Shown here: positions 38,096 through 48,244 of the stretch, piece after piece
How the letters are laid out: each line of letters opens with the position of its first letter
Position numbering within the stretch: the first letter of the stretch is position 1
Assembly (NCBI GenBank): GCA_963702095.1
Contig: OY969706.1
Coordinates: 640,001 to 704,000, forward strand
Length of the DNA stretch: 64,000 nt
Source: Candidatus Bathyarchaeota archaeon
Lineage (GTDB): Archaea; Thermoproteota; Bathyarchaeia; Bathyarchaeales; Bathycorpusculaceae
Direction: 5' to 3'
Translations under genes and position numbers: made by a program
Notes under the pieces: generated by a model
Told to the model about the DNA's origin: nothing
The model's database searches: none
The model's input: the letters and a program-made list of their open reading frames with translations, nothing else

Positions 38096-40012
38096 ATGCT
38101 GATTCAGGAACTTATCGTTGAAAACTTTATGAGTTACGAGTACGCCCGCATACCCTTCAAAGGCGGCGTTAACGTAATCGGGGGTCCAAACGGTGCCGGC
38201 AAATCCTCGTTGCTGCTGGCCATCAGCGTGGGGCTGGGGCAAACCAGCACAGAACGCAGTCGAAAACTCAGCGATTTGATCCGCTGGGGACAAAACCAAG
38301 CCCGCGTCACACTTATCCTCGACAACAGCCGACAAGGCAACAGGCGCCCCGAACCAAAATACCAAAAAGACCAGCTTTTCCTAACCCGCGTCTTGCGCCG
38401 AGACGGCAAATACTTTTTTGAACTTGAAAACCGAGTCGCCAGCAAACAGGATGTGGAGCGACTGCTGGGCAAATTCGGCGTTGACCCCGACAACATGCTC
38501 ATCATTATGCACCAGAACATGGTGGAGCAATTCAGCGTCTTAAGCAACCTCGATAAGCTCCGTATGGTAGAGGAAGCCGTGGGGCTCGAACCGTTCCGCA
38601 ACAATGTTGTGCAAGCCAAAACCAAACTCACCCGCATCCTTACCCAAGAAGAATCCGTGGGCAAACTCCTCGAACAAGCCCAGCAGACCCTTAACTATTG
38701 GCGGGAACAATACGAAAAGTTCCAAGAGAAAAAGCAGCTGCAGCTCAAACGTCAATTCTTAAACCGTGAGTTGGCTTGGGCGGAAGTTGAACGTCGAGAA
38801 GGCATCGTCAAAGCGTTGCAAGGCAACTTTAACCGCAACCAGCAGGCAATCGGCAAAATTGAAGACGAACGCCAAGCCATACTGGGCGAGTTGGATGGGC
38901 AACAAACCAAGCAGCAGACGCTTAAGCGCGAAGTTAAAGCCGTCTACGACGAACGCATCGAACTGGAGCGGAAAATCGCCCAAAACCAAGCCACCCTCAC
39001 ACTTATAGAGCAACTGCTGGCTGAAGCAGAAATCCTCGAATCCCTCCCAACCAAAAAACAGTTCCGGCTACTACGTGCCGAGAGCCTCAAAGAAATGCTC
39101 GATGTTTCGCAGCAGCAATTAAAGAAAGCGACCGGGCAAATCGGCGCCACCCAAAACAAACTGGGCAAGCTAGAAGAATCAACCGACAAAATCTCCACGC
39201 AGGCACTGGATAGGCGGGTTGCGCTTGCGCTGTTGGATTTTAAACGTGACCGCGCCGCTAAAGAGCAGGAATCCATCGAGAAACAGCTCAAAGAAGCCCA
39301 AGCGAGCCTAAACGCAGCCGCCGCCAAAGCAGCGGAGTCAGGTGAACGCATTGCGGTCCTTAAATCAGCAGGCGAAATCCAAGAAGAGATGGGTTTAACT
39401 GATGGTCACTTAGCCGCGTTGGCAAGCGTTTCTGAGGAGATTGAGCGGCAATACGAATCCTACTCAAAACTCTACCTTGAACTCAAAGAAAAAGCCCAGT
39501 TGGTCGCTGAGAACCGCGAGAAAACTCTCGAGGAAGTCAAAACTCGCCTGCAGGCTTGGCGCACTGTCATGGAGCAACTGCTGGGCCGCGTTAACACCGA
39601 GTACCAGCGCATTATGGGGCAGACCTTGGCGACTGGCGAGGTGTTGCTTTCTAACCCGCAGGACATTGAGACGGCGGGGCTGGAAATCTATGTGGGTTTC
39701 AAAGGCAGTAAACCAGTCGCGTTGGATGCTTACACGCAGAGCGGGGGCGAAAGAACCACCGCAACCATGGGCTTCCTGTTGGCACTGCAGCAGCATGTGC
39801 GTTCACCGTTCCGTGCAGTCGACGAATACGACATTCACATGGACCCCAAAAACCGTGAAATGATCGCCAAAGTCCTCTTATCCCTGATTAAAGACGCCAC
39901 CGCCCAATACGTCGTCATCACGCCTAGCCAAATTACTTTTGCACAAAAAGACGCCAACGTTATAACCGTCCAGAACCTTGAAGGCAAATCAGTGGCACGT
40001 GAGGTAGCCTAA
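38096..40012 (+). CDS. Short SMC-family ATPase, SMC5/6- or ClsN-like
   Basis: ENFMSY, Walker A GPNGAGKS, long coiled coil, signature QSGGER, and PFRAVDEYDIHMD Walker B/D-loop. Confidence 0.9.
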   Translation: MLIQELIVENFMSYEYARIPFKGGVNVIGGPNGAGKSSLLLAISVGLGQTSTERSRKLSDLIRWGQNQARVTLILDNSRQGNRRPEPKYQKDQLFLTRVLRRDGKYFFELENRVASKQDVERLLGKFGVDPDNMLIIMHQNMVEQFSVLSNLDKLRMVEEAVGLEPFRNNVVQAKTKLTRILTQEESVGKLLEQAQQTLNYWREQYEKFQEKKQLQLKRQFLNRELAWAEVERREGIVKALQGNFNRNQQAIGKIEDERQAILGELDGQQTKQQTLKREVKAVYDERIELERKIAQNQATLTLIEQLLAEAEILESLPTKKQFRLLRAESLKEMLDVSQQQLKKATGQIGATQNKLGKLEESTDKISTQALDRRVALALLDFKRDRAAKEQESIEKQLKEAQASLNAAAAKAAESGERIAVLKSAGEIQEEMGLTDGHLAALASVSEEIERQYESYSKLYLELKEKAQLVAENREKTLEEVKTRLQAWRTVMEQLLGRVNTEYQRIMGQTLATGEVLLSNPQDIETAGLEIYVGFKGSKPVALDAYTQSGGERTTATMGFLLALQQHVRSPFRAVDEYDIHMDPKNREMIAKVLLSLIKDATAQYVVITPSQITFAQKDANVITVQNLEGKSVAREVA

Positions 40013-40839
40013 TGCCAACAGAACAGCATGAGAAGAAACTGGGCAAAGAACGCCTCGAACGCATCATCGAAATGTGCGTCGCCATCGAAAACCACAGAGT
40101 GGACCCCTTCACCTTCAATGTGGACGAAATCATCGCTGTGGTGAAAGAGTATTTTCCCCATTGGGAACACCCTGACGAACTTAAACTCGACGCTGAAACC
40201 CTTCATCATCTCGCCACAGTCATTAAAATTCAGAGTGAATGGGTAAAACACCGCTCAACCAGCCTCTACACTGACCCGTTTCTGCTGGAGGAGAAGATTC
40301 GGCAAACAGGCAAACAGGGCATGGTTGAAGTGTTCGCCTCAGCGTGGACGCCTCTTGTGGAGTTTGAGCAGTTGAGCCTGCAGAGTTTGGCGCAGGGGAT
40401 GCTGTATTGGGAAGCACTGGCTCCATTGGGGGAGCGTTGGAAAGACATCGATGTATCTGCTGTTGAGATGGGGCAGGTGAGCCGCGACGAACTCGTTAAG
40501 CAGCGAGTGCTAGGCGACAAAGAATTCAGCGAAGAACTCGAAGCTTACTGGCAGGAACTCAAAGCCAGAGTCGCCGAAAAAAGCACCGAATGTAAAATAG
40601 CCTACTGGGACTTCATCGGCGCAGGCACCTACGAAGAAACCGTGCAACGCGCATACTTAACCAGTTTCTTGGTCACCTATGGCTACGCCACCCTTGAAAT
40701 CGACCGTTTAGAAGAAACCATCGTCATTATTCCCTACGACAAACCGCGGGAGCAACCATTGTCGGTGCAATCCACTTCGGTGCCTATCGCGGTTTCGGCG
40801 GAGGATTGGCAGAAATGGAAGGAAGGCAAACAACCATGA
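40012..40839 (+). CDS. Putative kleisin (ScpA-like) partner
   Basis: Translationally coupled to the SMC gene; N-terminal VDPFTFNVDEII and C-terminal wHTH-like FLVTYGYATLE. Confidence 0.6.
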   Translation: MPTEQHEKKLGKERLERIIEMCVAIENHRVDPFTFNVDEIIAVVKEYFPHWEHPDELKLDAETLHHLATVIKIQSEWVKHRSTSLYTDPFLLEEKIRQTGKQGMVEVFASAWTPLVEFEQLSLQSLAQGMLYWEALAPLGERWKDIDVSAVEMGQVSRDELVKQRVLGDKEFSEELEAYWQELKARVAEKSTECKIAYWDFIGAGTYEETVQRAYLTSFLVTYGYATLEIDRLEETIVIIPYDKPREQPLSVQSTSVPIAVSAEDWQKWKEGKQP

Positions 40840-41468
40840 GCACAAGAAAGAAAGGCGTCTACGCAGGCAAAGTCAAGAAAGCCACCCAGATGCTCTTCTA
40901 CAAACGCCATGCTAAACCGGGTGTGAAAGGCTGGGAACTCCACAAAGCCTTGGGCGCGGATTACCCCAAAGTGCTCGGTGTCTTGGACGATTACCTCAAA
41001 CCCATGGATCTGCAAGTCAAGACGGTTTTTGAGGAAGAAAAAACCCCCGAGAAACCAACCGTTGAAGAACTCGACAAAGCACGCTTCTTCATAGCCCTCC
41101 AAGACGTTGACACCAAAGACAAGTTGATGGGTTGGCGCATAGACGACTTAGCCGGCTTAGCCATAACTATCAGCTACATCATAAGTAAAAGAGGTCAAGC
41201 TGCAAGAAAAGACGTCGAGAAACTGCTCGGCGAAAAAATGCCCAACTGGAAAGTCGGTTTAAACCTCGACCGCTACATCCGCCACGGCTACCTCACACAA
41301 GACGAAGCGGGGCAACTGTTTCTGGACTGGCGCACACGCGCAGAAGTAGACCAGAAAAAACTCATCGACATGCTACTGAGCGCGGAAAAGCAGAAAGCAG
41401 AATCAGAGGAGCCAGTGGAGGAAGCGGTGGCTAAAGACGAGTCTTGGACAGAAGATGACCAAGAATAA
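40836..41468 (+). CDS. Putative kite (tandem winged-helix, ScpB/Nse1-like) subunit
   Basis: ATGA overlap; LAITISYIISKRG...V.KLL...LDRYIRHGYL...LFLDWRT.AE. Confidence 0.55.
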   Translation: MSTRKKGVYAGKVKKATQMLFYKRHAKPGVKGWELHKALGADYPKVLGVLDDYLKPMDLQVKTVFEEEKTPEKPTVEELDKARFFIALQDVDTKDKLMGWRIDDLAGLAITISYIISKRGQAARKDVEKLLGEKMPNWKVGLNLDRYIRHGYLTQDEAGQLFLDWRTRAEVDQKKLIDMLLSAEKQKAESEEPVEEAVAKDESWTEDDQE

Positions 41469-41603
41469 TCCCGTATTCTCATGTCACTACATAAAGAGAA
41501 AAAACCGAGATTGCATTTGTCAGGAGAAGGACGGCAAAGCAACAGAATTCGGCAAATTCTTATACCATAAAACCGCCATATCATCTTGCGGTCGGGTTAG
41601 GGT

Positions 41604-42902
41604 TTGGGTGGCAACGAAGAAGAAATTTACTCAATCATGTTTACGTCGCTTAAGCATCCAGTACGCCGCAGAATCCTGCGTATGCTAAACGATAAGCCTA
41701 TGGCTTTTATGGAGATGGTAGAGTTGATCGGCGTCTCCAGTTCACATTTAACTTACCATCTGGAAAGCCTCGGCGAACTGGTCTACAAGATGGATGACGG
41801 CAGGTACAGGCTGTCAAGTTTCGGCAAAGCAACGGTGAGCGCCATGAAGGGCGTGGAAGAAGCGCCTGAACTTGAAACTCGACGCCCCAAAAAGATGGCG
41901 TTCAAATGGAAAGCCACCATCGCCGCGTTGTTGGTGGCGGTTCTGGTTCTCTCCGTTTTTGCAGGCCTCCAATACGGCAACCTTACCCAGCTTGCAGCCA
42001 GCCACGACAGCCTCTCCGCAGAAAACCAGCAGTTGCTCTCCTGGGGGTTTGGCACAAACAAAGTCGCCGATATCCTTCGAGACATAGTCCAACTTGACAC
42101 TAACTATTACAAGATAACTTTGTTGAGCAACACGTTGGAGTACCGCACCGACATCGGCGTCACTGAAGAAGTCATCAAATACACTTTAACCGACCCAGAC
42201 GGCAGCGATGTACAAGTTTTGGCGCCGCTAGACGTTAACTTCCGCTTCAGAGAAAACCACCTCTCCCGCTACCAACTCATCATGGACGAAAACACCATCC
42301 CCCTACTCAAACAGTACCCCTCCAGCAGTGTACTTGAAGCTGCAAAAGACACCTTAAACCGCTACAAAACCTACAGTGGCGATTACTACCTCGACGACAT
42401 GGCAACTATGTTGGAGTCAGTGAACCAAACCGAAGACACCACAGTTGTGGCGGATAACATGAAACTCCAAATCACGCTGACAGGGAACAACGCGGAGTTC
42501 CTCTGGATGTACACTGAGAGGGGCATAGATTTCTCGGCGAAAAGCCTTCGCTTGGATTTCCAAAACCGCGTCTTAACAGACTTAATCGACGGTTACTTCC
42601 TCTTCACAGTGGGCAACGCAGACCTCAACCTAAACCAAGACCAAGCCATAACAGCCGCCAAAAACTACGTCAAAACACTGGTCTGGACCATCGACGGCAA
42701 ACAAACCAGCGGCTTCAACCCCCAAGACGTCATATCAGTCCAACTGATGCCTCATCCACACCCCAAATCCGCGGCGCTGGTGCCATACTGGTACATTGTG
42801 CTGCAACTAGACAAAACCTACGCTGGTGGCATAAACGAGGCAACCGTAGGCATTTACGGTGACACAGGCGAAATTGCTGACATCCAGATGTTAAGCGGTT
42901 AG
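41604..42902 (+). CDS. Membrane-anchored ArsR-type wHTH regulator with a large C-terminal extracellular domain
   Basis: LKHPVRRRILRML...SSSHLTYHLESLGELV...YRLSSFG, then a TM helix and a soluble domain. Confidence 0.8.
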   Translation: MGGNEEEIYSIMFTSLKHPVRRRILRMLNDKPMAFMEMVELIGVSSSHLTYHLESLGELVYKMDDGRYRLSSFGKATVSAMKGVEEAPELETRRPKKMAFKWKATIAALLVAVLVLSVFAGLQYGNLTQLAASHDSLSAENQQLLSWGFGTNKVADILRDIVQLDTNYYKITLLSNTLEYRTDIGVTEEVIKYTLTDPDGSDVQVLAPLDVNFRFRENHLSRYQLIMDENTIPLLKQYPSSSVLEAAKDTLNRYKTYSGDYYLDDMATMLESVNQTEDTTVVADNMKLQITLTGNNAEFLWMYTERGIDFSAKSLRLDFQNRVLTDLIDGYFLFTVGNADLNLNQDQAITAAKNYVKTLVWTIDGKQTSGFNPQDVISVQLMPHPHPKSAALVPYWYIVLQLDKTYAGGINEATVGIYGDTGEIADIQMLSG

Positions 42903-43439
42903 TACTGCAATGTAACAGTTTACGGCCTCGTCGTCCACGAACGCTTCAACTTGTAAGTCGCTGTTTTCCAGCAAATCCATGAACTCTTCAAGCTTAAACG
43001 CTTTTTTTAGCCCCGTCACCACAACTTTTCCTCCTGCCCCAACCGCCCTTGATAGTTCAGCTAAAGTCAAAACTGGGTTAGGCATGTTCTGCAGCATCGT
43101 CAACGCAAACACCGCATCAAACAAGCCGTCCACAAAAGGCAAATGGTCAGCGTCCGCCTGCACCACAAAAACCCCGCCTCCTCCCCTCACACGCGCATTA
43201 GCTATAAGCAGCAATCCATGAGACAAGTCGACGCCCACAACCATCTTAGCTTCACTGGCTAAGTGGCTAAACAGCAAGCCCGAACCGCACCCCACATCCA
43301 AAACCACCCTGCCAGAAACCCCCACTTTATCAAGTGCTACTTGGTACTTGCGGTTCTGCTCTTCCCCATAGCGCTCATCGTAAATGTCTGCAGTGGCATC
43401 GTAGGCATGCTTTACTCTGCGTTTCTCACTCCAAGCCAT
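42891..43439 (-). CDS. Class I SAM-dependent methyltransferase
   Basis: VLDVGCGSG, VGVDLS and ADADHLPF...FD motifs. Confidence 0.88.
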   Translation of the reverse strand: MAWSEKRRVKHAYDATADIYDERYGEEQNRKYQVALDKVGVSGRVVLDVGCGSGLLFSHLASEAKMVVGVDLSHGLLLIANARVRGGGGVFVVQADADHLPFVDGLFDAVFALTMLQNMPNPVLTLAELSRAVGAGGKVVVTGLKKAFKLEEFMDLLENSDLQVEAFVDDEAVNCYIAVLTA

Positions 43440-43504
43440 TGCGTGTCTGTCCTTCAAGAAATCTTATGTACCCAAGCAGCTCCCTAAATACATGGCGCAT
43501 AAAA

Positions 43505-44290
43505 ATGGCGGCGGCAACCAACAAACTCAGCGTACTCAAAGAACCCACATTAGCGGAAGCTGCCATAGTCATCGAAAAAGCCTTCTCCGCTCGGCGAACA
43601 CTCGTAGTCGCAGGCAAATGCCATGTACACTACGTGGGCAGGGCAAATTCGACGCTGGAAAACGGCGAACGCCTACTCATCATCAAATCCGACGGCAGCC
43701 TCCTTGTGCATCGCCCAACAGGCTACGAACCCGTCAACTGGCAACCCTCAGGAGCAGTATTCCATGTGGAGGTCAAAGATAACAAGTTAGAAGTGCATGG
43801 CATCCGGCAGAAGCCGCATGAAACCGTCAGGGTGACTTTTGTGGATGTACTGATGGTTTCAGCATTGAACCTCTCTGATGCGGGTGAGTTTATTCTGCAT
43901 GCCAGCGAAGATGACATGCACCGCGCAATACTGCTTAAACCTGAACTGTTTGAAACGGGGTTTAAACCGATAAGTTGGGAGAAGCATGTGGAACCCGGAT
44001 TTGTCGACATCTACGGAGAAGACCGCGACGGCAAACTCGTCATCATCGAAGTTAAACGCAAAACCGCCACCAAAGACAACGCACTGCAACTATCTAAATA
44101 CATTGAACCCATCAAAGCCAAAGTAAACCGTCCCATACGCGCTGTCTTGGTTGCGCCGAGCCTTGCCAAAGATGTGCAGCGGCTGCTGGTATCTATGGGG
44201 CTGGAGTTTAAAGCGTTAGACCCCAAAGATTGCGCAGTTGTCCTCAAAAAAGCCAGCGCATCCAAGTTGGAATCGTTCTTTGAGAATTAA
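43505..44290 (+). CDS. nucS: Endonuclease NucS/EndoMS
   Basis: YVGRA.S.L..GERLLIIK.DGS.LVH...PVNWQP; VDIYG.D...IIEVKR...QL.KY. Confidence 0.93.
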   Translation: MAAATNKLSVLKEPTLAEAAIVIEKAFSARRTLVVAGKCHVHYVGRANSTLENGERLLIIKSDGSLLVHRPTGYEPVNWQPSGAVFHVEVKDNKLEVHGIRQKPHETVRVTFVDVLMVSALNLSDAGEFILHASEDDMHRAILLKPELFETGFKPISWEKHVEPGFVDIYGEDRDGKLVIIEVKRKTATKDNALQLSKYIEPIKAKVNRPIRAVLVAPSLAKDVQRLLVSMGLEFKALDPKDCAVVLKKASASKLESFFEN

Positions 44291-44344
44291 TGCCTCCATA
44301 TACGCTTAAATCACCGCATAGCTTCTGCTTTTTTGGTGGTAGCA

Positions 44345-44890
44345 ATGAATTTTTGGAGGCAAATCCCCGCAGGCGCTAATCCGCCGCTGGAACTCAATAT
44401 GGTTATAGAAGTTAATAGTGGTTCCCGGAGCAAGTTTGAGTACAAGTCTGAGTGGGAAGCCTTTGTACTAAATCGCATCGTGCCCTCGTCGGTGGTGTTT
44501 CCAGTCGAATATGGGTTTGTCCCCCAGTCCCTCTGCGTAGACGGTGATCCACTTGACATTATGGCGCTCTCTTTTGCGCCTCTGGTGGTGGGAACGGTTG
44601 CGCCGGTCCGCGTGATGGGGGTGTTGGTTATGGAGGATGAGGCGGGCTTGGATTCAAAAATTCTCTCTGTACTCGCCAACGATAGGCGTTTTGAAGGTTA
44701 TAACGACTTAGCTGACGTGCAGGAGCATCAGTTGACTGAGATATTAGAGTTCTTTGAGACGTACAAGCGCCTGCAACCATGTAGTTGGGTTAAAGTTAGA
44801 GGCTGGCAGAACAAGGCAGCAGCGATAGAAGTAGTTTTAGAAGCTATAAAAAGCTACCAAACGAACTTAGCTACTAATGAACTCAATTAA
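44345..44890 (+). CDS. ppa: Family I inorganic pyrophosphatase
   Basis: YGFVPQS..DGDPLDI, MEDEAGLDSKI and FFETYK motifs. Confidence 0.92.
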   Translation: MNFWRQIPAGANPPLELNMVIEVNSGSRSKFEYKSEWEAFVLNRIVPSSVVFPVEYGFVPQSLCVDGDPLDIMALSFAPLVVGTVAPVRVMGVLVMEDEAGLDSKILSVLANDRRFEGYNDLADVQEHQLTEILEFFETYKRLQPCSWVKVRGWQNKAAAIEVVLEAIKSYQTNLATNELN

Positions 44891-45135
44891 CCGGCAAGTT
44901 GCTGCTCTTAGGGGTTTCTTAATCGCTTAAAAGGTCTCAGGTACTTTTTGCTTGGGTAATCATTTAATGAGCTTGTATTCTTCAAGCAACCAAGGTTAAT
45001 TTGGGTGTGGTTTTTAGTGATGACTTCATTTTCCGAGGAGTTAGTGTATTTCTGGTGTACATGTTTGCACTAAACATATCTCACCAATAATGTTTATTAA
45101 GTCTCACTATAAACTATGCAGAGGAAGGGCAAAAT

Positions 45136-45590
45136 ATGGTAAACCCGATCAAGACCTCAAAATTCGTAGTAATAGCACTAACTATAACGGCAATTGTCCT
45201 AACTTCAACAACGGTCGCAGTTCTTACAGTCAACCAAAACGTGTCCTCATCAGGAACCGTTAGTACCTCCCCAAACATAGGCGTCTACTCAGACAGCGGC
45301 TGCACCCAAAATAAGACAGCAATAAACTGGGGTACGATAGCACTGGAGCTAGTACAACACAAACAATATATGTTAAAAATACTGGGACTGCAACAATGAC
45401 GTTAGGACTGTCCGTGACTAACTGGTCACCAGCCTCAGCAAGCACACACATAAGTGTTGCGTGGAACAAACAAAATACACCGCTCTCACCCGGGCAATCG
45501 ACCGCTGCAATACTCACATTAACGATAGATTCCGGCATTACAGACGTAACAGATTTCAGTAACAGTATAACAATTTCAGGAACCGGTTAA
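45136..45590 (+). CDS. Secreted/surface Ig-like protein split by a 1-nt deletion near 45341
   Basis: Signal peptide, then INWGTIA(P)GASTTQTIYVKNTGTATMTLGLSVTNWSP once the frames are joined. Confidence 0.7.
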
Positions 45591-45958
45591 ATACAATTGA
45601 CCTGTTTTGCTGACAAGAATTAGACTTGGTCAAGATGTAGGTAGACAAGTTCACCTTTTGCTTGTGCTGGGTTTTTTCTTTTATTTTTTTAGACTTAAGT
45701 ATCATATATATCAATTCAGAGGAAAAATGTTTTTTTTAGATAGTTTAAGGGCGCAGACAAAATAAGTACTAATTTCCTTGTAGAATCAGGTTCAAAAATT
45801 ATGGAGTTAGTCAAATATAGCAATGTAGGGCTTCTTGTTTTACTAGCAAGTTTGTTGTTATTGGTGGTAATTTACGCTATTTTCCGTTTGAAACTTATAA
45901 AAATTTTTTACTTTACTCCGAGCTTTTTAATTCAACGCTAGCCAATGACTTCCTTTTT

Positions 45959-46420
45959 TTAATTCGTTTTAAACCGCCTTTTTGTAACGGTCAATTGCTT
46001 TTTTACCTCATAATTAGCAAGTCCATTGTATTTGAGTATCTGACTGCTTTGATTTAGTATATGTATTGCGAAATTATCGATAAATCTTTGGTTCAACTGT
46101 TCATGTACAGTTAACTTCTCTTGACAAGATTTATGCTGTTGCTCTGCCCATAGGCCGGTATTCAGAAAAGTATGACTTGTACCGTCAATAGTTATATCTA
46201 TCAGACAGTTTCGATTTGTTTCTAACTCAACTGTTTTAACGATGCCTGGACCTTTGATTTCAAGAACTATTTTCCCCTTGTCAGGATTTATTTCCTGCTC
46301 AAATTTTGATATTTCCGGAATCAGCTTAATGGTGACTTTGCGGAAAAGCAGATAAGTAATAATTATAATTAATACAAAAAGAAGCGCTGTAATAATCGTC
46401 CAATCTTCGATTTGAATCAT
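45959..46420 (-). CDS. Hypothetical protein with N-terminal TM anchor
   Basis: 153-aa ORF with a hydrophobic N-terminus. Confidence 0.55.
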   Translation of the reverse strand: MIQIEDWTIITALLFVLIIIITYLLFRKVTIKLIPEISKFEQEINPDKGKIVLEIKGPGIVKTVELETNRNCLIDITIDGTSHTFLNTGLWAEQQHKSCQEKLTVHEQLNQRFIDNFAIHILNQSSQILKYNGLANYEVKKQLTVTKRRFKTN

Positions 46421-46684
46421 GCTAACATTGTTGTATGGGCTTAGGAGATAAATATTTTCTTAACCGCTTTAGTCTACTTATCACGTCTAGCGTGGTTCTA
46501 CTCAGGTGAAGAATTTAGAGTGGATGTATTATTCAAGCCAAACAACAATTGCGGTTTAACTTTCGTTCGCTAAGTGCTTTAGATACATGGCAACTTTGCA
46601 ATAAATAGGTTAGACTCCTGATTTGCGTTACAAAAATTTTTATTAGGCTATCGAGTTAGCTATAATACGAGTGGGGAGCAAAAA

Positions 46685-47017
46685 ATGGTGAGACGGTCTG
46701 TACTTGAAAGTATATTAAAAGAAATGATTACTATTCGTCAACGGCTTGACGAAATCGAGAGAAATTACTCAAAATTGCAGTCCAAGCCTATTGACCTTCA
46801 GGAACCGGAACTTATTGCTCTACCTGATCATCTTAGAAAAAGCTTCATTATAGTTGCCTCTAAGGGGGAGTGCGATGCCTCTATAGTTTCTAATCTATCA
46901 GGTCGTTGCCGTGCTATTGAGAGCAATTATCTCAATCAGTTGGAACGAATGGGTTGGGTTAGTAAGCGCCGAGTATCAAAAGTGGTTTATTTTAGACCTT
47001 GCGTAGAGAATTTTTGA
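46685..47017 (+). CDS. Coiled-coil plus wHTH transcriptional regulator
   Basis: LPDHLRKS...SGRCRAIESNYLNQLERMGWVSKRR. Confidence 0.75.
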   Translation: MVRRSVLESILKEMITIRQRLDEIERNYSKLQSKPIDLQEPELIALPDHLRKSFIIVASKGECDASIVSNLSGRCRAIESNYLNQLERMGWVSKRRVSKVVYFRPCVENF

Positions 47018-47305
47018 TTCATTTTCAGCCCTTTTAGGCTGTGAGAGAGATCTCAACTTGTGGGTCTGCTTCTCAATTTTACATATTTTAAGACTAACAA
47101 TCTTGATGATATTAATCTGAATCATATATTGCGAATTATACAACAATCAATTGCCCCTTTCTTAACAATGTGCTCTTCCAGCGAAATGCTTATCTTAACT
47201 GCGTTTACTTATTATATGACCTTTTTCAATGCAATATATCGATGAATGTCGAATTGATAAGTTACCTCAAACAGACATTAAAGCCCCCTCAGCATAAAGA
47301 GGCAT

Positions 47306-47875
47306 GTGATAATGGCAAATCTTAGCATGAAACTCTCCACTCTTTTGCTTATAATAGTGGGTCTTCTGACGATTCTGCTATCTTTGCCGTTTAATGCGAT
47401 TTACGTGACATATACTGGGTTAGGCATTCTGTTTTGGGGAATAATTCTCGTTTCCATAATGAAGACTAATCCTTCGACAATGCAAAATGAAATAGAAAGA
47501 GAAATCGAGAATATGCCGAAAAGATATAACTCGGCTGATACTAATAAAAACGGTCGGAAAATCGAGTATGAGAATCTGATCTGTGAGAACGGAAGAACTC
47601 CCAATTCAACGAAAATAAGATTAAACGACTTCCGACTTAATGAAAATTTAAGCTTTACTGAAGAAATGCTAAACAATAACGAATATCAATCAGTTGATAA
47701 ACCTTTCAACATAATTGATAACGGATTTAGAAAAAGAGATGCTCTAACGCAGGAAGAACGAAAAAATTCCGTTTATCAAGCAGTAAATCATTTTCCTGAA
47801 AAAAATGTTATACACGCTTCGCTTCAGACTCCAATTCCGCCAACAAGACTTCTGACTATGATGAAAGAAAGATGA
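47306..47875 (+). CDS. Hypothetical membrane protein
   Basis: Two N-terminal TM segments; ATGA overlap with the next ORF. Confidence 0.5.
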   Translation: MIMANLSMKLSTLLLIIVGLLTILLSLPFNAIYVTYTGLGILFWGIILVSIMKTNPSTMQNEIEREIENMPKRYNSADTNKNGRKIEYENLICENGRTPNSTKIRLNDFRLNENLSFTEEMLNNNEYQSVDKPFNIIDNGFRKRDALTQEERKNSVYQAVNHFPEKNVIHASLQTPIPPTRLLTMMKER

Positions 47876-48138
47876 TAGAGAGGCAGGACCGTGACCGACG
47901 AATTCAAGATAAAAACAAGCGAATTGAAGAACTCTTTGAAGAGCTTGAACATTCTAAAGAGGATACAAAGAAGCTCTTTGAAAAATACAAAAACAATCCC
48001 GTTGAACTGATCGACCCAAAATTAGGAAAGTATGCCTTAGAGATTACCGAGTGCCCTCTCCGTATACGTGATTTACAAGATTGTACCTTTTGTGAAGCAA
48101 AAAATTGTAAAGATAGAATATCGTTAGGGTCCAATTAG
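47872..48138 (+). CDS. Hypothetical small protein with C-terminal Cys cluster
   Basis: ECP...DCTFC...NC. Confidence 0.45.
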   Translation: MIERQDRDRRIQDKNKRIEELFEELEHSKEDTKKLFEKYKNNPVELIDPKLGKYALEITECPLRIRDLQDCTFCEAKNCKDRISLGSN

Positions 48139-48244
48139 CGACTGAAGAAGGCAGAATCAAAGCCAAGAAGAATATTAGTAATAGTGCTTTTCGGGCCTTT
48201 TCGGATATTTTTATCGGTGAAATGAAAAAAAGGGTGGAAGCTTT

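Noticed and set aside
45801-45941. 46-aa hydrophobic ORF (MELVKYSNVGLLVLLASLLLLVVIYAIFRLK...)
   Set aside because: A plausible membrane peptide, but such ORFs arise easily in T-rich DNA and there is no independent support.
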